Source: Syntrophorhabdaceae bacterium
GTDB lineage: Bacteria; Desulfobacterota; Syntrophorhabdia; Syntrophorhabdales; Syntrophorhabdaceae
DNA: 64,000 nucleotides
Direction of reading: 5' to 3'
NCBI GenBank assembly: GCA_963666485.2
Contig: CAXXUO010000002.1
Span: 512,001 to 576,000 of the forward strand
Positions 38,101 through 49,628 of this stretch are shown here, piece after piece. Numbering within the stretch: position 1 is the first letter of the stretch; each line of letters opens with the position of its first letter. Both the position numbers and the translations under genes were made by a program. The notes below the pieces were generated by a model, which saw only the letters and a program-made list of their open reading frames with translations, ran no database searches and was not told the origin of the DNA.

Positions 38101-41100
38101 GGACGGGCGTGCTGACGCTGTCGGGCGGCGTAAGCCTTGCGGCAGGCACTCATCAAATAACAGTGGATAATGCTGCCGATACGCTGTCCGGTGTCATATC
38201 CGGTACCGGGGGACTGACGAAGGCGGGAACCGGCTCTTTGACCTTAAGCAATGCAAATACGTACTCGGGGGGGACTTTCCTGAACGCGGGGACTTTACTC
38301 GCAGGGAACAACGCGGCGCTCGGGACGGGGACATTGACTGTCGCGGCTGGCACCCTGGCCTCGTCGAGCGCAACCGCACGGACGCTCGCAAACAACATCG
38401 TCATGAACGGTGACGTCACACTCGGCCAGGCGGCAGGGGGGACGGGGACGCTGACCCTGTCGGGCGGCGTAAGCCTTGCGGCAGGCACTCATCAAATAAC
38501 AGTGGACAATGCTGCCGATACGCTGTCCGGTGTCATATCGGGCACCGGGGGACTGACGAAGGCGGGGACAGGTTCTTTGACCTTAAGCAATGCCAATACG
38601 TACTCGGGGGGGACTTTCCTGAACGCGGGGACTTTACTCGCAGGGAACAACGCGGCGCTCGGGACGGGGACATTGACTGTCGCGGCAGGCACCCTCGCCT
38701 CGTCGAGCGCAACCGCACGGACACTGGCAAACAACATCGTCATGAACGGGGACGTCATACTCGGCCAGGCGGCAGGGGGAACGGGGGTTCTCACCCTGTC
38801 GGGCGGCGTAAGCCTTGCGGCAGGCACTCATCAAATAACAGTGGACAATGCTGCCGATACGCTGTCCGGTGTCATATCGGGCACCGGGGGACTGACGAAG
38901 GCGGGGACGGGTACACTGACCCTGGGCAATGCAAATACCTACTCTGGTGACACCACTCTGAACGTCGGCAGCTTGCTTCTTGGGAACAACACAGCGCTGG
39001 GTGCGGGAACCCTGACGATCGGCGGCGGCACCCTGGCCTCGTCGAGCGCCACAGCCCTGACCATCTCGAACAACATCACCATGAACGGTGACGTCACCCT
39101 CGGCCAGGCGGCAGGGGGGACGGGGGCGCTGACCCTGTCGGGGACCATGGACCTAGGGACCGTCACCCGGACGATCACGGTCAACAACACCGCTGATACC
39201 ATATCGGGGACCATATCCGGCACCGGGGGACTGACGAAGGCGGGAACGGGTACACTGACCCTGTCGGGCAACAGCACGTACACCGGTGCAACGACGATCA
39301 ACGCGGGTATATTGAGGATGGGGATCGCGAATGCGCTCTCTTCCTCGACCGCGGTATCAACGGCTGCAGGGACGACGTTTGATCTTAACAGCTTCAGTCA
39401 GACGATTGGTTCCCTTTCCGGGGCAGGAGGCACTGTCGCTCTTGGCGCGGGGACGCTCACGGTGGGTGACGGGACAAGCACGACCTATGGCGGTGTCATA
39501 AGCGGGACAGGCTCTCTCGTCAAGCAGGGCGCCGGGGCACTGACCCTGGGCAACGCGAGCACGTACTCGGGGGGAACGGCCTTGAACGCCGGCAGCCTCC
39601 TTGTCGGGAACAACGCAGCGCTGGGGACGGGAACTCTGACAATCGGCGGCGGCACCCTCGCCTCGCCGGACGCAACCGCACACACGATAGCCAACAACAT
39701 CATCATCAACGGGGACGTCGCGCTCGGCCAGGCTGCAGGAGGGACGGGCGTGCTGACGCTGTCGGGCGGCGTAAGCCTTGCGGCAGGCACTCATCAAATA
39801 ACAGTGGACAATGCTGCCGATACGCTGTCCGGTGTCATATCCGGTACCGGGGGACTGACGAAGGCGGGAACCGGCTCTTTGACCTTAAGCAATGCAAATA
39901 CGTACTCGGGGGGGACTTTCCTGAACGCGGGGACTTTACTCGCAGGGAACAACGCGGCGCTCGGGACGGGGACATTGACTGTCGCGGCTGGCACCCTGGC
40001 CTCGTCGAGCGCAACCGCACGGACGCTCGCAAACAACATCGTCATGAACGGTGACGTCACACTCGGCCAGGCGGCAGGGGGGACGGGGACGCTGACCCTG
40101 TCGGGCGGCGTAAGCCTTGCGGCAGGCACTCATCAAATAACAGTGGACAATGCTGCCGATACGCTGTCCGGTGTCATATCGGGCACCGGGGGACTGACGA
40201 AGGCGGGGACCGGTACACTGACCCTGTCGGGCAACAGCACGTACACCGGTGCGACGACGATCAACGCGGGAACCCTCCAGTTGGGGACGAACAACGCGCT
40301 GACGGCGACGACCGCACTTACCCTCGCGAACACGGCAGGCGCGGTCCTTAATCTCAACGGGTTCAATCAGACGATCGGGTCGCTTGCCGGGGGCGGGACG
40401 ACGGGCGGCAACGTATCTCTGGGGGCCGGAACGCTCACGGTGGGTGACGCGACAAGCACGACCTATGGCGGGGTTATAAGCGGGACAGGCTCTCTCGTCA
40501 AGCAGGGCGCCGGGGCGCTCACCTTGAGCAATGCGAACACGTACTCGGGGGGCACGTTCCTCAACGCGGGGACTTTACTCGCAGGGAACAACGCGGCGCT
40601 CGGGACGGGGACATTGACTGTCGCGGCTGGCACCCTCGCCTCGTCGAGCGCAACCGCACGGACACTGGCAAACAACATCGTCATGAACGGTGACGTCACA
40701 CTCGGCCAGGCGGCAGGGGGGACGGGGACGCTGACCCTGTCGGGCGGCGTAAGCCTTGCGGCAGGCGCTCATCAGATAACAGTAGATAATGCTGCCGACA
40801 CCCTGTCCGGTGTCATAAGCGGGACAGGCTCTCTCGTCAAGCAGGGTACCGGGGCACTGACATTGAGCAATGCGAACACGTACTCCGGGGGAACGGCCTT
40901 GAACGCCGGCAGCCTCCTTGTCGGGAACAACGCAGCGCTCGGGACGGGGACGCTCACGATCGCAGGCGGCACCCTCGCCTCCTCTGATGCAACCGCGCAC
41001 ACGATAGCCAACAACACATTCCTGACCGGCAACCTGACCCTCGGCCAGGCGGCAGGGGGGACGGGCGTGCTGACGCTCGGCAATGTCGACCTCGGGGCAG

Positions 41101-43172
41101 CGACCCGGACGGTCACGGTGAACAACGCAGCCGATACCATAGCGGGGACCATATCGGGGACGGGGGGACTCACAAAGGCGGGGACCGGGACACTGACCCT
41201 GTCCGGCAACAGCACGTACACCGGTGCGACGACGATCAACGCGGGAACCCTCCAGTTGGGGACGAACAACGCGCTGACGGCGACGACCGCACTTACCCTC
41301 GCGAACACGGCAGGCGCGGTCCTTAATCTCAACGGGTTCAATCAGACGATCGGGTCGCTTGCCGGGGGCGGGACGACGGGCGGCAACGTATCTCTGGGGG
41401 CCGGAACGCTCACGGTGGGTGACGCGACAAGCACGACCTATGGCGGGGTTATAAGCGGGACAGGCTCTCTCGTAAAAAACGGAGCCGGGACCTTTACGCT
41501 TACAGGGAACAACTCATACGCGGGTGACACGACGATCAACTCCGGAACGCTCGCAGTGACCGGCGGCATATCAGGTACAGTTCGGATAAGTGCGGCAGGG
41601 ACCCTGACCGGGAGCGGCGGCATCGCGGGACCTGTGATCAATTCCGGAACGATCGCACCGGGACCATCGTTCGGGACGATGGCAGTGAATTCATATACGC
41701 ATAATCCCGGCGCCACTTTCCGGGTGACGGTCAACGATGCGGGCCAATCGGGTAAACTGGTCGTGACGAGCGGCGCGACATTGAACGGCGGCACCGTTTC
41801 CGTACTGGCCGATTCCGGTTCATACAATACAAATATGAAATATACGATACTTACGGCCGGCAGCGTGACGGGAACTTTTTCGACCGTAACAAACAATCTC
41901 GCATTTCTCACACCGAGCCTGATATATGATGCGACCCATGTGTATCTCAACTTGAACAGGAACACTACCTCTTTCGCGGGTGTGGCACTGCCGGGGAATG
42001 AATATTCTGTCGCTTCAGCTATCGACAGGATCTCGTCATCGGCGACCGGCGACATGGAAACCATTATTTCGACATTGCTTGGACTGAGCACTCCGGCCGC
42101 CCGGGCCGCGTACGATCAGATGGGCGGATTGAGCTATACCACAATGGCGGGGGCCGCATTTTTTTCGTCCGGCCAGTACATGCGGGCACTTTCCGGGAGG
42201 ATGGAGGGTTTCCTGAACGGCAGCTTCAGGTCCATGTATTCCGGACAACCACTGCGGCTCGCATTGCGCACGGACATTGCGAATGACGGGACACCCGGTA
42301 TTCCCGGGATGACAGGAGGGCCCCCGGAAAATAAAGAAAATCATTCACAGGGCCTCTGGATGACAATGTACGGTGGGACGGGTGAACGGACGGGAAACGA
42401 TATTTCGTCCCGATACAATTATGACCTCTGGGGGGTCCTCGGAGGGTTTGACCGGCAGGTATCCAGAAATCTTCTGCTCGGGATGTCCCTCGGTTATTCG
42501 GATACGAGAACCTCGATGAAAGACCTTGCGGACAATGCGAAAATTGGCAGCTACCAGGGTTCCGTGTACGGCGCGTATAAGAAAGGCCCCTGGCATATGA
42601 GCGGGATAATGACCTATGGGTATAACCGGTTCGACACGACCAGGCATATGTCCTTTGGAGACATCTCGCGCCGCGCAACGGCATCGTATCCCGGGTATAC
42701 TTTTGGGGCTTACCTCGAAGGAGGGGTCACGCTCAAGATGCTGTGCCTTGATGTTATCCCCGGCGCATCCTTATCGGGGATCCGCCTGAAACGCGACAGC
42801 TTTACCGAGCGTGATGCGGGGGCTTTAAACCTCGATGTAGACAGCGATGTTGCGTATTCTTTCCAGAGCGCTCTCGGCCTCACCCTCCGAAAACCTGTCG
42901 CGCTGGTGTCGGGCACGATCACGCCCGAGGTCAGGGCGATGTGGATCCACGAATTTGCAAACGGCGATTATGCAGTAAACAGCTCATTTGCCGGCTACCC
43001 TCTTTCATATTTCACCGTCAGGAGCGAGAGGCCTTTCCGGGATAGTTTTTCCCCGGGTGCCGGGATCTCCTGGCAAACGGACAATATCCGGTTCACGATA
43101 TCATACGACGGGAACTTCTCCGGTGATACCCGGGAGCATCGGGGTACGCTGGTTGTGCGGTATGCGTGGTGA
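32130..43172 (+). CDS. Giant type V autotransporter adhesin (3680 aa) with about 28 PATR beta-strand repeats
   Basis: Signal peptide ...VAHA, repeated [23 protein letters not shown], C-terminal beta-barrel of about 300 aa ending in W. Confidence 0.93.
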   Translation: MKRQYALIVAILYSILLLCPVAHAGTTWDGGGANTNINTPANWDDNVNPAFDGTQSVTFATNGTTATINTNVSFLGITVNRDANFTLASGAGTLTIGTAGITASPFTTSATNRTYTFTTGIILGNDQTWTVNNNGTGTTLLSVGAVSGAGRNLIITGTGNATISGIVGTGAGSLTKNGTGILTLSAANTYSGGTTLNTGTILVGNNASLGTGMLTIAGGTLASSSATARALANNITMTGNLTLGQAAGGTGVLTLGNVDLGAATRTVTVNNTSDILSGVISGTGGLTKAGTGSLTLSNANTFSGGTFLNAGSFLLGNNAALGSGTLTVAAGTLASSDATAHTIANNTVLTGNLTLGQAAGGTGALTLGNVDLGAVTRTVTVNNAADTISGTISGTGGLTKAGTGTLTLSGSSTYTGATTINAGTLQLGTNNALTTTTAVTLANTAGAILNLNGFNQTIGSLAGGGTTGGNVSLGAGTLTVGDATNTTYGGVISGIGGTLIKQGTGALTLSNANTYSGGTALNAGSLLVGNNAALGTGTLTIAGGTLASSSATARTLANNITMNGDVILGQAAGGTGVLTLSGNVDLGAATRTITVNNAADTIAGAISGTGGLAKAGTGALTLSGVNTYSGGTTLNAGSLLVGSDSALGTGTLTVSAGTLASSDAAAHTIANNTVLTGNVTLGQAAGGTGVLTLSGNVDLGAATRTITVNNTSDILSGVISGTGGLTKAGTGSLTLSNANTFSGGTFLNAGSFLLGNNAALGSGTLTVAAGTLASSDATAHTIANNTVLTGNLTLGQAAGGTGALTLGNVDLGAVTRTVTVNNAADTISGTISGTGGLTKAGTGTLTLSGSSTYTGATTINAGTLQLGTNNALTTTTAVTLANTAGAILNLNGFNQTIGSLAGGGTTGGNVSLGAGTLTVGDATNTTYGGVISGIGGTLIKQGTGALTLSNANTYSGGTALNAGSLLVGNNAALGTGTLTIAGGTLASSSATARTLANNITMNGDVILGQAAGGTGVLTLSGNVDLGAATRTITVNNAADTIAGAISGTGGLAKAGTGALTLSGVNTYSGGTTLNAGSLLVGSDSALGTGTLTVSAGTLASSDAAAHTIANNTVLTGNVTLGQAAGGTGVLTLSGNVDLGAATRTITVNNTSDILSGVISGTGGLTKAGTGTLTLSGSSTYTGATTINAGTLQLGTNNALTTTTAVTLANTAGAILNLNGFNQTIGSLAGGGTTGGNVSLGAGTLTVGDATNTTYGGVISGIGGTLIKQGTGALTLSNANTYSGGTALNAGSLLVGNNAALGTGTLTIAGGTLASSSATARTLANNITMNGDVILGQAAGGTGVLTLSGNVDLGAATRTITVNNTSDILSGVISGTGGLTKAGTGSLTLSNANTFSGGTFLNAGSLLLGSDSALGTGTLTVAAGTLASSDATAHTIANNTVLTGNVTLGQAAGGTGALTLGNVDLGAVTRTVTVNNAADTISGTISGTGGLTKAGTGTLTLSGSSTYTGATTINAGTLQLGTNNALTTTTAVTLANTAGAILNLNGFSQTIGSLAGGGTTGGNVSLGAGTLTVGDATNTTYGGVISGTGSLVKQGAGALTLSNANTYSGGTFLNAGTLLAGNNASLGTGTLTIAGGTLASSSATARTLANNITMNGDVTLGQAAGGTGALTLSGGVSLAAGTHQITVDNAADTLSGVISGTGGLTKAGTGSLTLSNANTYSGGTTLNAGSLLLGNNTALGAGTLTIGGGTLASSSATALTISNNITMNGDVTLGQAAGGTGALTLGNVDLGAVTRTVTVNNAADTISGTISGTGGLTKAGTGTLTLSGNSTYTGATTINAGTLQLGTNNALTATTALTLANTAGAVLNLNGFNQTIGSLAGGGTTGGNVSLGAGTLTVGDATSTTYGGVISGIGGTLIKQGAGALTLSNASTYSGGTFLNAGTLLAGNNAALGTGTLTVAAGTLASSSATARTLANNITMNGDVTLGQAAGGTGVLTLSGGVSLAAGTHQITVDNAADTLSGVISGTGGLTKAGTGSLTLSNANTYSGGTFLNAGTLLAGNNAALGTGTLTVAAGTLASSSATARTLANNIVMNGDVTLGQAAGGTGTLTLSGGVSLAAGTHQITVDNAADTLSGVISGTGGLTKAGTGSLTLSNANTYSGGTFLNAGTLLAGNNAALGTGTLTVAAGTLASSSATARTLANNIVMNGDVILGQAAGGTGVLTLSGGVSLAAGTHQITVDNAADTLSGVISGTGGLTKAGTGTLTLGNANTYSGDTTLNVGSLLLGNNTALGAGTLTIGGGTLASSSATALTISNNITMNGDVTLGQAAGGTGALTLSGTMDLGTVTRTITVNNTADTISGTISGTGGLTKAGTGTLTLSGNSTYTGATTINAGILRMGIANALSSSTAVSTAAGTTFDLNSFSQTIGSLSGAGGTVALGAGTLTVGDGTSTTYGGVISGTGSLVKQGAGALTLGNASTYSGGTALNAGSLLVGNNAALGTGTLTIGGGTLASPDATAHTIANNIIINGDVALGQAAGGTGVLTLSGGVSLAAGTHQITVDNAADTLSGVISGTGGLTKAGTGSLTLSNANTYSGGTFLNAGTLLAGNNAALGTGTLTVAAGTLASSSATARTLANNIVMNGDVTLGQAAGGTGTLTLSGGVSLAAGTHQITVDNAADTLSGVISGTGGLTKAGTGTLTLSGNSTYTGATTINAGTLQLGTNNALTATTALTLANTAGAVLNLNGFNQTIGSLAGGGTTGGNVSLGAGTLTVGDATSTTYGGVISGTGSLVKQGAGALTLSNANTYSGGTFLNAGTLLAGNNAALGTGTLTVAAGTLASSSATARTLANNIVMNGDVTLGQAAGGTGTLTLSGGVSLAAGAHQITVDNAADTLSGVISGTGSLVKQGTGALTLSNANTYSGGTALNAGSLLVGNNAALGTGTLTIAGGTLASSDATAHTIANNTFLTGNLTLGQAAGGTGVLTLGNVDLGAATRTVTVNNAADTIAGTISGTGGLTKAGTGTLTLSGNSTYTGATTINAGTLQLGTNNALTATTALTLANTAGAVLNLNGFNQTIGSLAGGGTTGGNVSLGAGTLTVGDATSTTYGGVISGTGSLVKNGAGTFTLTGNNSYAGDTTINSGTLAVTGGISGTVRISAAGTLTGSGGIAGPVINSGTIAPGPSFGTMAVNSYTHNPGATFRVTVNDAGQSGKLVVTSGATLNGGTVSVLADSGSYNTNMKYTILTAGSVTGTFSTVTNNLAFLTPSLIYDATHVYLNLNRNTTSFAGVALPGNEYSVASAIDRISSSATGDMETIISTLLGLSTPAARAAYDQMGGLSYTTMAGAAFFSSGQYMRALSGRMEGFLNGSFRSMYSGQPLRLALRTDIANDGTPGIPGMTGGPPENKENHSQGLWMTMYGGTGERTGNDISSRYNYDLWGVLGGFDRQVSRNLLLGMSLGYSDTRTSMKDLADNAKIGSYQGSVYGAYKKGPWHMSGIMTYGYNRFDTTRHMSFGDISRRATASYPGYTFGAYLEGGVTLKMLCLDVIPGASLSGIRLKRDSFTERDAGALNLDVDSDVAYSFQSALGLTLRKPVALVSGTITPEVRAMWIHEFANGDYAVNSSFAGYPLSYFTVRSERPFRDSFSPGAGISWQTDNIRFTISYDGNFSGDTREHRGTLVVRYAW
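32936..35635 (+). repeat. Near-exact 1317-bp tandem duplication inside the autotransporter
   Basis: Marker ACATCAGACATTTTATCC at 32943, 34260 and 35577; identical antisense ORFs 33546..34130 and 34863..35447 are offset by 1317. Confidence 0.9.
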
Positions 43173-43184
43173 GTTGCGCCGACC

Positions 43185-44561
43185 CTATTTCACGTATTTT
43201 TTCTTAAGAAATTCAAGGCCCGTCATCGGATACAGGGCATAGACCAGGACATCGCCCGTGTCCCGTGTCAGGTCCTTCAATGCCTCGCGCGCAGCCGGCA
43301 TCTCCGGTTGAAGGGTATCGGCGGGACGTATATCTATCGGGGTTGTTCCCAGGTGATACCCTTTGAGCGCTTTTGCCCTGATCTCTTCGTTCACGGTTCC
43401 CGGGGGGCGGCCGTACAGGCCGTAGAAGTAATCTTTCACCTCGTTCGAGATCATCTTGTAGCGCCCCATGATCACGTTGAAAACGGACTGGACGCCCACG
43501 ATCTGGCTCGAGGGCGTGACGAGCGGGGGAAACCCCATGTCCTGCCTCGTCCTGGGTATCTCGTCAAAGACCTCGTCGAGCCTGTGAAGCGCCTTTGCCT
43601 GCTCCAGCTGACTGACCAGGTTCGTTATCATCCCGCCCGGGATCTGGTGCATGATGACACTGATATCATTGCCGGCATGATGCGTGGCATCTGCAAATGA
43701 CCGCAACTTCGTGGGAATGATCCCCTCGAGGTAACGGTCAACCTCCGAAATGGGTGCGAGGTCAAGTCCCGGATCGAACGGACTGTCCTTGAGAGCGACG
43801 AGCAGCGGTTCGACGGGTGAATGCGATGAACGATAGGAGAACGGGGCAAGACAGGTATCGACCCCGTCGGCGCCGGCCTCTATCGCATTTATGATGGACA
43901 TTGAAGCCATGCCGCTCGTGTAGTGCGAGTGAAGGTGAACAGGGATGGAAATGCTTTCTTTCAGGCGGGAGATCAGGTCAAATGAATCAAAAGGCGATAA
44001 AATGCCCGCCATGTCCTTTATGCAGAGCGAATCCGCTCCCATGTCCTCTATCTGTCGCGCCTTGTCCACGTAATAGTCCATGGTGTAAATCGGCCCGCCG
44101 AGCCGTCTTTCCGTCAGCGAATAGCAGATCGTTCCCTGGATATGCCTGCCGCATCTCTTGATCGCATTGTACGCCGCACTGCAATTGCGCTGGTCATTCA
44201 AGGCGTCGAAAACGCGGAAAATATCGATACCGACGTCACAACAATGTTCAATGAACGCGTCAACAACATCATCCGCGTAGTTTCGGTACCCGACCAGGTT
44301 CTGTCCCCGGAGCAGCATCTGGAACTTTGTCTTCGGCATCCTTTCCTTGAGGAGCCGGACCCTTTCCCACGGATCTTCGTTGAGGAACCGGGTCATGACG
44401 TCGAACGTGGCCCCGCCCCACATCTCGATGGAGTAGAAACCCACGGAATCCAGTTTTTCCGCGATCGGCAGCATGTCCTCGGTCCTCATGCGTGTCGCAA
44501 ACAGCGACTGCTGGCCGTCCCTCAAGGTAAGATCCGTTATCTTTACCGGTTTCTTTTCCAT
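43185..44561 (-). CDS. Carboxyltransferase subunit (pyruvate carboxylase B / oxaloacetate decarboxylase alpha / transcarboxylase 5S family), no biotinyl domain
   Basis: RDGQQS, WGGATFD, LRGQNLVGY, CIKDMAG, HSH, HQIPGGM, PPLVTPSSQIVG; no AMKM. Confidence 0.9.
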   Translation of the reverse strand: MEKKPVKITDLTLRDGQQSLFATRMRTEDMLPIAEKLDSVGFYSIEMWGGATFDVMTRFLNEDPWERVRLLKERMPKTKFQMLLRGQNLVGYRNYADDVVDAFIEHCCDVGIDIFRVFDALNDQRNCSAAYNAIKRCGRHIQGTICYSLTERRLGGPIYTMDYYVDKARQIEDMGADSLCIKDMAGILSPFDSFDLISRLKESISIPVHLHSHYTSGMASMSIINAIEAGADGVDTCLAPFSYRSSHSPVEPLLVALKDSPFDPGLDLAPISEVDRYLEGIIPTKLRSFADATHHAGNDISVIMHQIPGGMITNLVSQLEQAKALHRLDEVFDEIPRTRQDMGFPPLVTPSSQIVGVQSVFNVIMGRYKMISNEVKDYFYGLYGRPPGTVNEEIRAKALKGYHLGTTPIDIRPADTLQPEMPAAREALKDLTRDTGDVLVYALYPMTGLEFLKKKYVK

Positions 44562-44653
44562 CGTCCCTGCCCCCTTTTGAAGTTTGCATTACATCACGGC
44601 AACCATGAAAAATCAATGGAAATTTTCGTTCAAGTCTGCTATTTTAATGCCTA

Positions 44654-44729
44654 CGGGATGTAGCTCAGCATGGTGTAGAGCGCTTGCTTCGGGAGCAAGA
44701 GGCCGCTGGTTCAAATCCAGTCATCCCGA
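44654..44729 (+). tRNA. tRNA-Pro(CGG), CCA not encoded
   Basis: Acceptor CGGGATG/CATCCCG, anticodon arm CTTGC-TTCGGGA-GCAAG, T arm GGTTCAAATCC. Confidence 0.93.
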
Positions 44730-44900
44730 TAAAATCTCCCCCTTCTTCAACTCAACACTCAACATTTAACGCTTAACACCGGCCCATGATTGTAATGATT
44801 ATTCATTACACCGTGCCGCCAATATCACTACACAACTATTAATCCTTGACGCGACAGACAAGGCGAGTCCGAACAGATATTCTATAGTTCGGGTGACCTC

Positions 44901-45785
44901 ATGCGGCTTGCGTTCAGTACAAATGCCTTTGTACGCCATAATCTTATTGATGCGATCACATTCATCGCTGCCTGCGGATATACGGGGATAGAGATCTTGG
45001 CAGACAAGCCCCATCTTTTTGTCAACAACACGAGCGAAAAAAGGCTGGACGAGATCAAAAGAAGGATCCTGGTCGAAGGGCTCTCCCTGTGCAATCTCAA
45101 CACAAATACGGTAATGGGTTTCTATGAGACCTACATTCCCGAGACCATATTCGAGCCGTCTTTGTCCAACCCCGTGCGTTCCGCCCGGGATTTCAGGATC
45201 GAATATTCAAAGAAATGCATCGATATTGCCCATGTACTTGGCGCTCCGTCTATCAGCGTGACATCGGGGCGGCCGCATCCGGGAATCCACCCGGATGAAT
45301 CGTTCGAGACGCTTGTCGACTCCATACGAACGGTCTGTGCACATGCGGAGAAAACCGACACCAGGGTCGCCATGGAGTATGAACCGGGATTGTTGATAGA
45401 ATCTGCACCAGAGCTGGCGACGCTTATCGAGGCCGTCGACCATCCCCTCTTCGGGGCCAACCTCGATGTCGGGCATTCCCGGGTGATCGGCGAAGACCTC
45501 GCCGAGGTGATCAAGCTCCTCGGGCGGTCCATCTTTCATGTCCATATTGAGGATATCCGCGGAAGGAAACACTATCATCTTATCCCGGGCCTCGGGGACA
45601 TGGATTTCCGGTATATATTCAGTCTTTTGTCCGAGTCCGGCTACCGGGGGTTTACGACTGTGGAGCTATACACGTACCCGCAAAAACCCTATGAAGCGGC
45701 ACAACGGGCGATAGAGTACCTGGAGCCTTTTTCCCTTGTCGAACATGATGCGGGTTGCGGGAGTTTAAAGAGGCAATCCTCATGA
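44901..45785 (+). CDS. Sugar phosphate isomerase/epimerase family TIM barrel
   Basis: AFSTNAF, EYEPG, LDVGH, HVHIEDI...HYHLIPGLG, TVELY. Confidence 0.88.
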   Translation: MRLAFSTNAFVRHNLIDAITFIAACGYTGIEILADKPHLFVNNTSEKRLDEIKRRILVEGLSLCNLNTNTVMGFYETYIPETIFEPSLSNPVRSARDFRIEYSKKCIDIAHVLGAPSISVTSGRPHPGIHPDESFETLVDSIRTVCAHAEKTDTRVAMEYEPGLLIESAPELATLIEAVDHPLFGANLDVGHSRVIGEDLAEVIKLLGRSIFHVHIEDIRGRKHYHLIPGLGDMDFRYIFSLLSESGYRGFTTVELYTYPQKPYEAAQRAIEYLEPFSLVEHDAGCGSLKRQSS

Positions 45786-46609
45786 ATTTCGCGTTCAGCT
45801 CGAATGCGTTCCGGCGACACGACCTCGTCGATGCCATAAAGACTATTGCGCGCATCGGGTACCGGGGCGTGGAGATCATGGCGGACATTCCGCACGCATA
45901 TCCTCCCGACCTGACATTCACCGATATTCGCCGCATCCGCAAGGCGCTCAAGGCATCGGGCCTCGGGGTGTCGAATATCAACGCCTTCGAACTGTGGGCG
46001 CTGGGCGACACATACCATCCGTCCTTTATCGAAAAAGACCCGGAATTGAGAAAAAAGCGAATCCAACATACCCTGAAGGCCCTCGAACTGGCTGAAGCCC
46101 TTGAATGCCCGAACATTTCCATAGAACCCGGAGGCCCCGTCGACTCGGCGGTTGCCGACAAACCGCATGCCGTGTTCATGGACTGCCTTCAAGAAATTTC
46201 TGAAAATGCCCGCAAGCGGGGGGTGCGCGTGCTCATAGAACCGGAGCCCGGACTCCTTATCGAGACCAGCTGTCAATTTCTCCGGCTTCTCAAGGAACTC
46301 GACCCGGACGTGTACGGGCTCAATTTCGATATAGGCCACTTCTTCTGTGTCGGCGAAGACCCGGCGGGCCTCGCCCCCGCCCTCCATAACGTAACGCATC
46401 ACTATCATCTCGAGGATATAGCCGCCTCCCAGGTCCATGAACATCTCCTGCCGGGCGAGGGCGCCATAGATATCGGGGAGGTCCTGAACGCTATTGACAG
46501 TACCGGTTATAGCGGCTTCGTAACGGTCGAATTATATCCTTATGAAGAACGCCCGGCAGAGGCCGCCCGCCTGGCATTCACGTACCTGGAATCCATGGAG
46601 GTCATATAA
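45782..46609 (+). CDS. Sugar phosphate isomerase/epimerase family TIM barrel (paralogue)
   Basis: AFSSNAF, EPEPG, FDIGH, HYHLEDI...HEHLLPGEG, TVELY; ATGA overlap with the previous gene. Confidence 0.88.
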   Translation: MNFAFSSNAFRRHDLVDAIKTIARIGYRGVEIMADIPHAYPPDLTFTDIRRIRKALKASGLGVSNINAFELWALGDTYHPSFIEKDPELRKKRIQHTLKALELAEALECPNISIEPGGPVDSAVADKPHAVFMDCLQEISENARKRGVRVLIEPEPGLLIETSCQFLRLLKELDPDVYGLNFDIGHFFCVGEDPAGLAPALHNVTHHYHLEDIAASQVHEHLLPGEGAIDIGEVLNAIDSTGYSGFVTVELYPYEERPAEAARLAFTYLESMEVI

Positions 46610-47863
46610 ATGGAACGTTTAGGGGCGATGCTCGTCGGGGTCCTCGGCCATCTCTCGTCCGTCGTCCTGACAGGCGCCTGTTTGCTGAAGAAGGGCTTGT
46701 ACCCGCCGGTAGGCATGGTTACGAAACGGGACGAGTTCAGCCGGTTCGATCTCGTTGAGCCCGGCGATATCACGTTCGGCGGCTGGGATATACAATGGGG
46801 CGACCCGGCCGGGAAGGCGTACCGGAATCTCGTTGAGACCTTGCTTGTCAACGACAGGTATTTCAGGATGATCGAGGATGATCTCGCGGATGCCGGCGAA
46901 TACATCTATCCGGGAACGCATCTGAATTGCGGGAAGGCGATCAGTGCGCTCGCCGACCGTCCGGGCGGCGAGGCGCGGCGTTCCGCACGCGACACACTCG
47001 ACGGGCTGCGCGGCAACATACGGGATTTCCGCTCCCGGGCCGGACTCGACAGGATAGTCGTGATCAACCTGGGATCCACCGAACCCCCGCTCCCGATAAC
47101 GGACGCGCATCATCTATCCCCTGAAGCGGTACTGGAATGCATCGATGAGGACCGCCTGGAGTTCTTCCGCGCCAGCACTCTCTACTCACTGGCGGCGATA
47201 CTGGAAGGCTGCGCCTACGTCAATTTTTCCCCGTCGAACAGTGCGCTCCTGCCCGGCATTGTCAGGCTTGCAGAAGAAATGAGGGTCCCCGTCATGGGGA
47301 ATGACGGGAAAACAGGGGAGACCCTCGTCAAATCCGCGCTATCGTCCATGTTCCGGTCGAGAAACCTCGAAGTCATGAGCTGGGAGGGATTCAATATCCT
47401 GGGAAACATGGATGGAAAGATACTTGACGACCCTGACAACAGACAATCCAAGATACAAAGCAAGGATGCGCTCCTTCCCCCTATTCTCGGATATGCCCCC
47501 CACTCGTCGGTATATATCGGCTACGTACCGTCGCTTGGCGATCAGAAGACCGCCTGGGACTTCATTCATTTCAAGGGGTTCCTCGGAACGAAAATGTCTT
47601 TGCAGTTTGTCTGGCAGGGATTCGATTCGATACTCGCCGCGCCGCTCGTCCTCGATCTTATCCGGCTTGCCGAGTTCGCCCAAAGGCAGGGGGAATATGG
47701 CCTCATGCCCCACCTGGCCTCTTTTTTCAAGGCCCCTCTTGGTGTTTGCGAGCACCGGCTGCACGAACAATTCCACATTCTGAACGATTATGTAGCCGAG
47801 CGAATAAAGAAGAAAAGATATCAGGGGCCTATTTTGACGCTTCGTCGAGGACCCGGCGGATAG
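46610..47863 (+). CDS. ino1: myo-inositol-1-phosphate synthase family protein
   Basis: FGGWDI, NLGSTE, GNDGKTGETLVK, NILGNMDG, DQKTAWD, DSILAAPLVLDL, FFKAP. Confidence 0.9.
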   Translation: MERLGAMLVGVLGHLSSVVLTGACLLKKGLYPPVGMVTKRDEFSRFDLVEPGDITFGGWDIQWGDPAGKAYRNLVETLLVNDRYFRMIEDDLADAGEYIYPGTHLNCGKAISALADRPGGEARRSARDTLDGLRGNIRDFRSRAGLDRIVVINLGSTEPPLPITDAHHLSPEAVLECIDEDRLEFFRASTLYSLAAILEGCAYVNFSPSNSALLPGIVRLAEEMRVPVMGNDGKTGETLVKSALSSMFRSRNLEVMSWEGFNILGNMDGKILDDPDNRQSKIQSKDALLPPILGYAPHSSVYIGYVPSLGDQKTAWDFIHFKGFLGTKMSLQFVWQGFDSILAAPLVLDLIRLAEFAQRQGEYGLMPHLASFFKAPLGVCEHRLHEQFHILNDYVAERIKKKRYQGPILTLRRGPGG

Positions 47864-49616
47864 CTCTTGCGGCTTCCTGCTTCGCGAGAGGTTTCATAAG
47901 GGAGCCTTTTATACCGATCCTCTCTATCGCCTCGAATGAAACGACGTCACTGTGTCCGGTATAGAGCAGTATCGGCATGTCGGGGCGCATCTTCAGGATC
48001 TCCTGGGCCAATTTCAGCCCCGTTATTTTCGGCATCGTCTGGTCCGTGAACACCAGGTCAAACTCCGAGGGATTGCGCGAGAACAGCTCAAGAGCTTCCT
48101 TGCTGTCGGTCATGGCTTTTACTTCATACCCGAGGCGCTCGAGCATTCCCCTCGCCAGCTCGGCAAGAAGCTCATCGTCGTCGATGAAGAGTATCCTTTC
48201 CCCGTTCCCTCGCGGCACCTCGCCTGCCGGGGAGATATTTTCCCTGCTTTTTGTTTCAACGACCGGAAGCATGACGCGGAAAGATGCCCCTTCTCCCGGG
48301 GTGCTTTCAACGCTTATGTCGCCGTTGAGCCCCGTTACGATGCCGTACACGACTGCCAGACCCATACCCGTTCCCTTCCCTATTTCCTTGGTCGTATAGA
48401 AAGGTTCGAATATCCTGCGCATGACGGCCGGCTCCATACCCCTGCCCGTATCCCTGACGGTAATAGTGAAATATGTGCCCGGGACCAGTTCCGGCTGGTG
48501 CGCCGTGGGTGATCGGACATCCGAATTGGACAGGATCACCTCGATCGTCCCCTGCGCTTCCGGCATTGCCTGCGCTGAATTCGTGCAGAGGTTCATGATG
48601 ATCTGCTGTATCTCGGCCGGATTTACGTTGACCGTATCGATGCCCGCTTTCTTGGACAGTACGAGCTCGATGCTTGACGGCAGTGATGCCCGAAGAAATT
48701 TTATGGTCTCGGAAATAAGCGGTGACAGGGACAAGGATTTTCTCAATGCGTCTGTTTTCCTGCTGAACGCGAGCATTTGTTGAATCAGGTCCCTGCCGCG
48801 GAAACATGATGTTATGATGTGCTTTAAATTCCTCTCCTGCTGTGAAGGCCGGGGAGCATCGTCGAGGCTCATTTCCGCAAAACCCAATACGGCCGCAAGG
48901 ATATTGTTGAAATCATGCGCGATGCCGCCCGTCAGCGTGCCGAGCGATTCCATTTTTTGTGCCTGTCTCAGCCGCTCTTCGAGTGCCTGTTTATCCTGTG
49001 TTTCCTTAACCAGTTTCTTGTAGGCATCTTCGAGGTCGGCATGCGACGCACGCAGTTCCTCCTCCGCAACGATGCGGCGCTTTATCTCTTCCTGAAGCAT
49101 ATACTGCATTCCATTCTGGACGCTCATGTCCGTCACGACAACGCAGAAGACCTCGGACTCGAGCATAATGGGCCGCGCCGAAATGTGTATCGGTACGGAA
49201 GTCCCTTTCGGCGTCTTGAGCAAGAATTCACCCTTGCATCCCTCAGGGTGGCACGACCTGAGCAGGGACTCGAGTTCCCACTCTCCTGCAGGCTCAACCA
49301 TCCGGTACAGGCTCTCGCCAATCAGCTTGTTCAAACGACGCCCTGAAAATACGGCGAACTGCTTGTTGCAATGGAGGATGGTACCGTCGGGCGTGATCGT
49401 CAGCGCCCCTTCGCTCATTGTCTCGACAAACGTCTTATAGCTGCTGTCCGCGCCTTTGAGCGTATATACCTGGAGACCTTTGGGCCCTTCAACGACAAGC
49501 GCGTCGACCTCGTTGTTCCTGATCGCCTGCAGCATTTCCTCGGCTTCCTCAAGGCGGATGAGCAGTTCCCGGTTTTGGGATTCAAGGTCTTCGCGACTGT
49601 TTTCCTTATGTTTCAT
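47829..49616 (-). CDS. Hybrid sensor histidine kinase (N-terminal coiled coil-PAS-HisKA-HATPase-REC), last gene of the kai operon
   Basis: GGIAHDFNN, NLCTN, DTGRG, FYTTK, GTGMGL; REC IDDD...TDQTMP...KP. Confidence 0.93.
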   Translation of the reverse strand: MKHKENSREDLESQNRELLIRLEEAEEMLQAIRNNEVDALVVEGPKGLQVYTLKGADSSYKTFVETMSEGALTITPDGTILHCNKQFAVFSGRRLNKLIGESLYRMVEPAGEWELESLLRSCHPEGCKGEFLLKTPKGTSVPIHISARPIMLESEVFCVVVTDMSVQNGMQYMLQEEIKRRIVAEEELRASHADLEDAYKKLVKETQDKQALEERLRQAQKMESLGTLTGGIAHDFNNILAAVLGFAEMSLDDAPRPSQQERNLKHIITSCFRGRDLIQQMLAFSRKTDALRKSLSLSPLISETIKFLRASLPSSIELVLSKKAGIDTVNVNPAEIQQIIMNLCTNSAQAMPEAQGTIEVILSNSDVRSPTAHQPELVPGTYFTITVRDTGRGMEPAVMRRIFEPFYTTKEIGKGTGMGLAVVYGIVTGLNGDISVESTPGEGASFRVMLPVVETKSRENISPAGEVPRGNGERILFIDDDELLAELARGMLERLGYEVKAMTDSKEALELFSRNPSEFDLVFTDQTMPKITGLKLAQEILKMRPDMPILLYTGHSDVVSFEAIERIGIKGSLMKPLAKQEAARAIRRVLDEASK

Positions 49617-49628
49617 GGGCTGCCCTTT

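Noticed and set aside
32021..42091. Long antisense ORFs (up to 662 aa) opposite the autotransporter
   Set aside because: Shadow frames of the Gly/Thr/Ala-rich repeats; V/P-rich with no domain signal.
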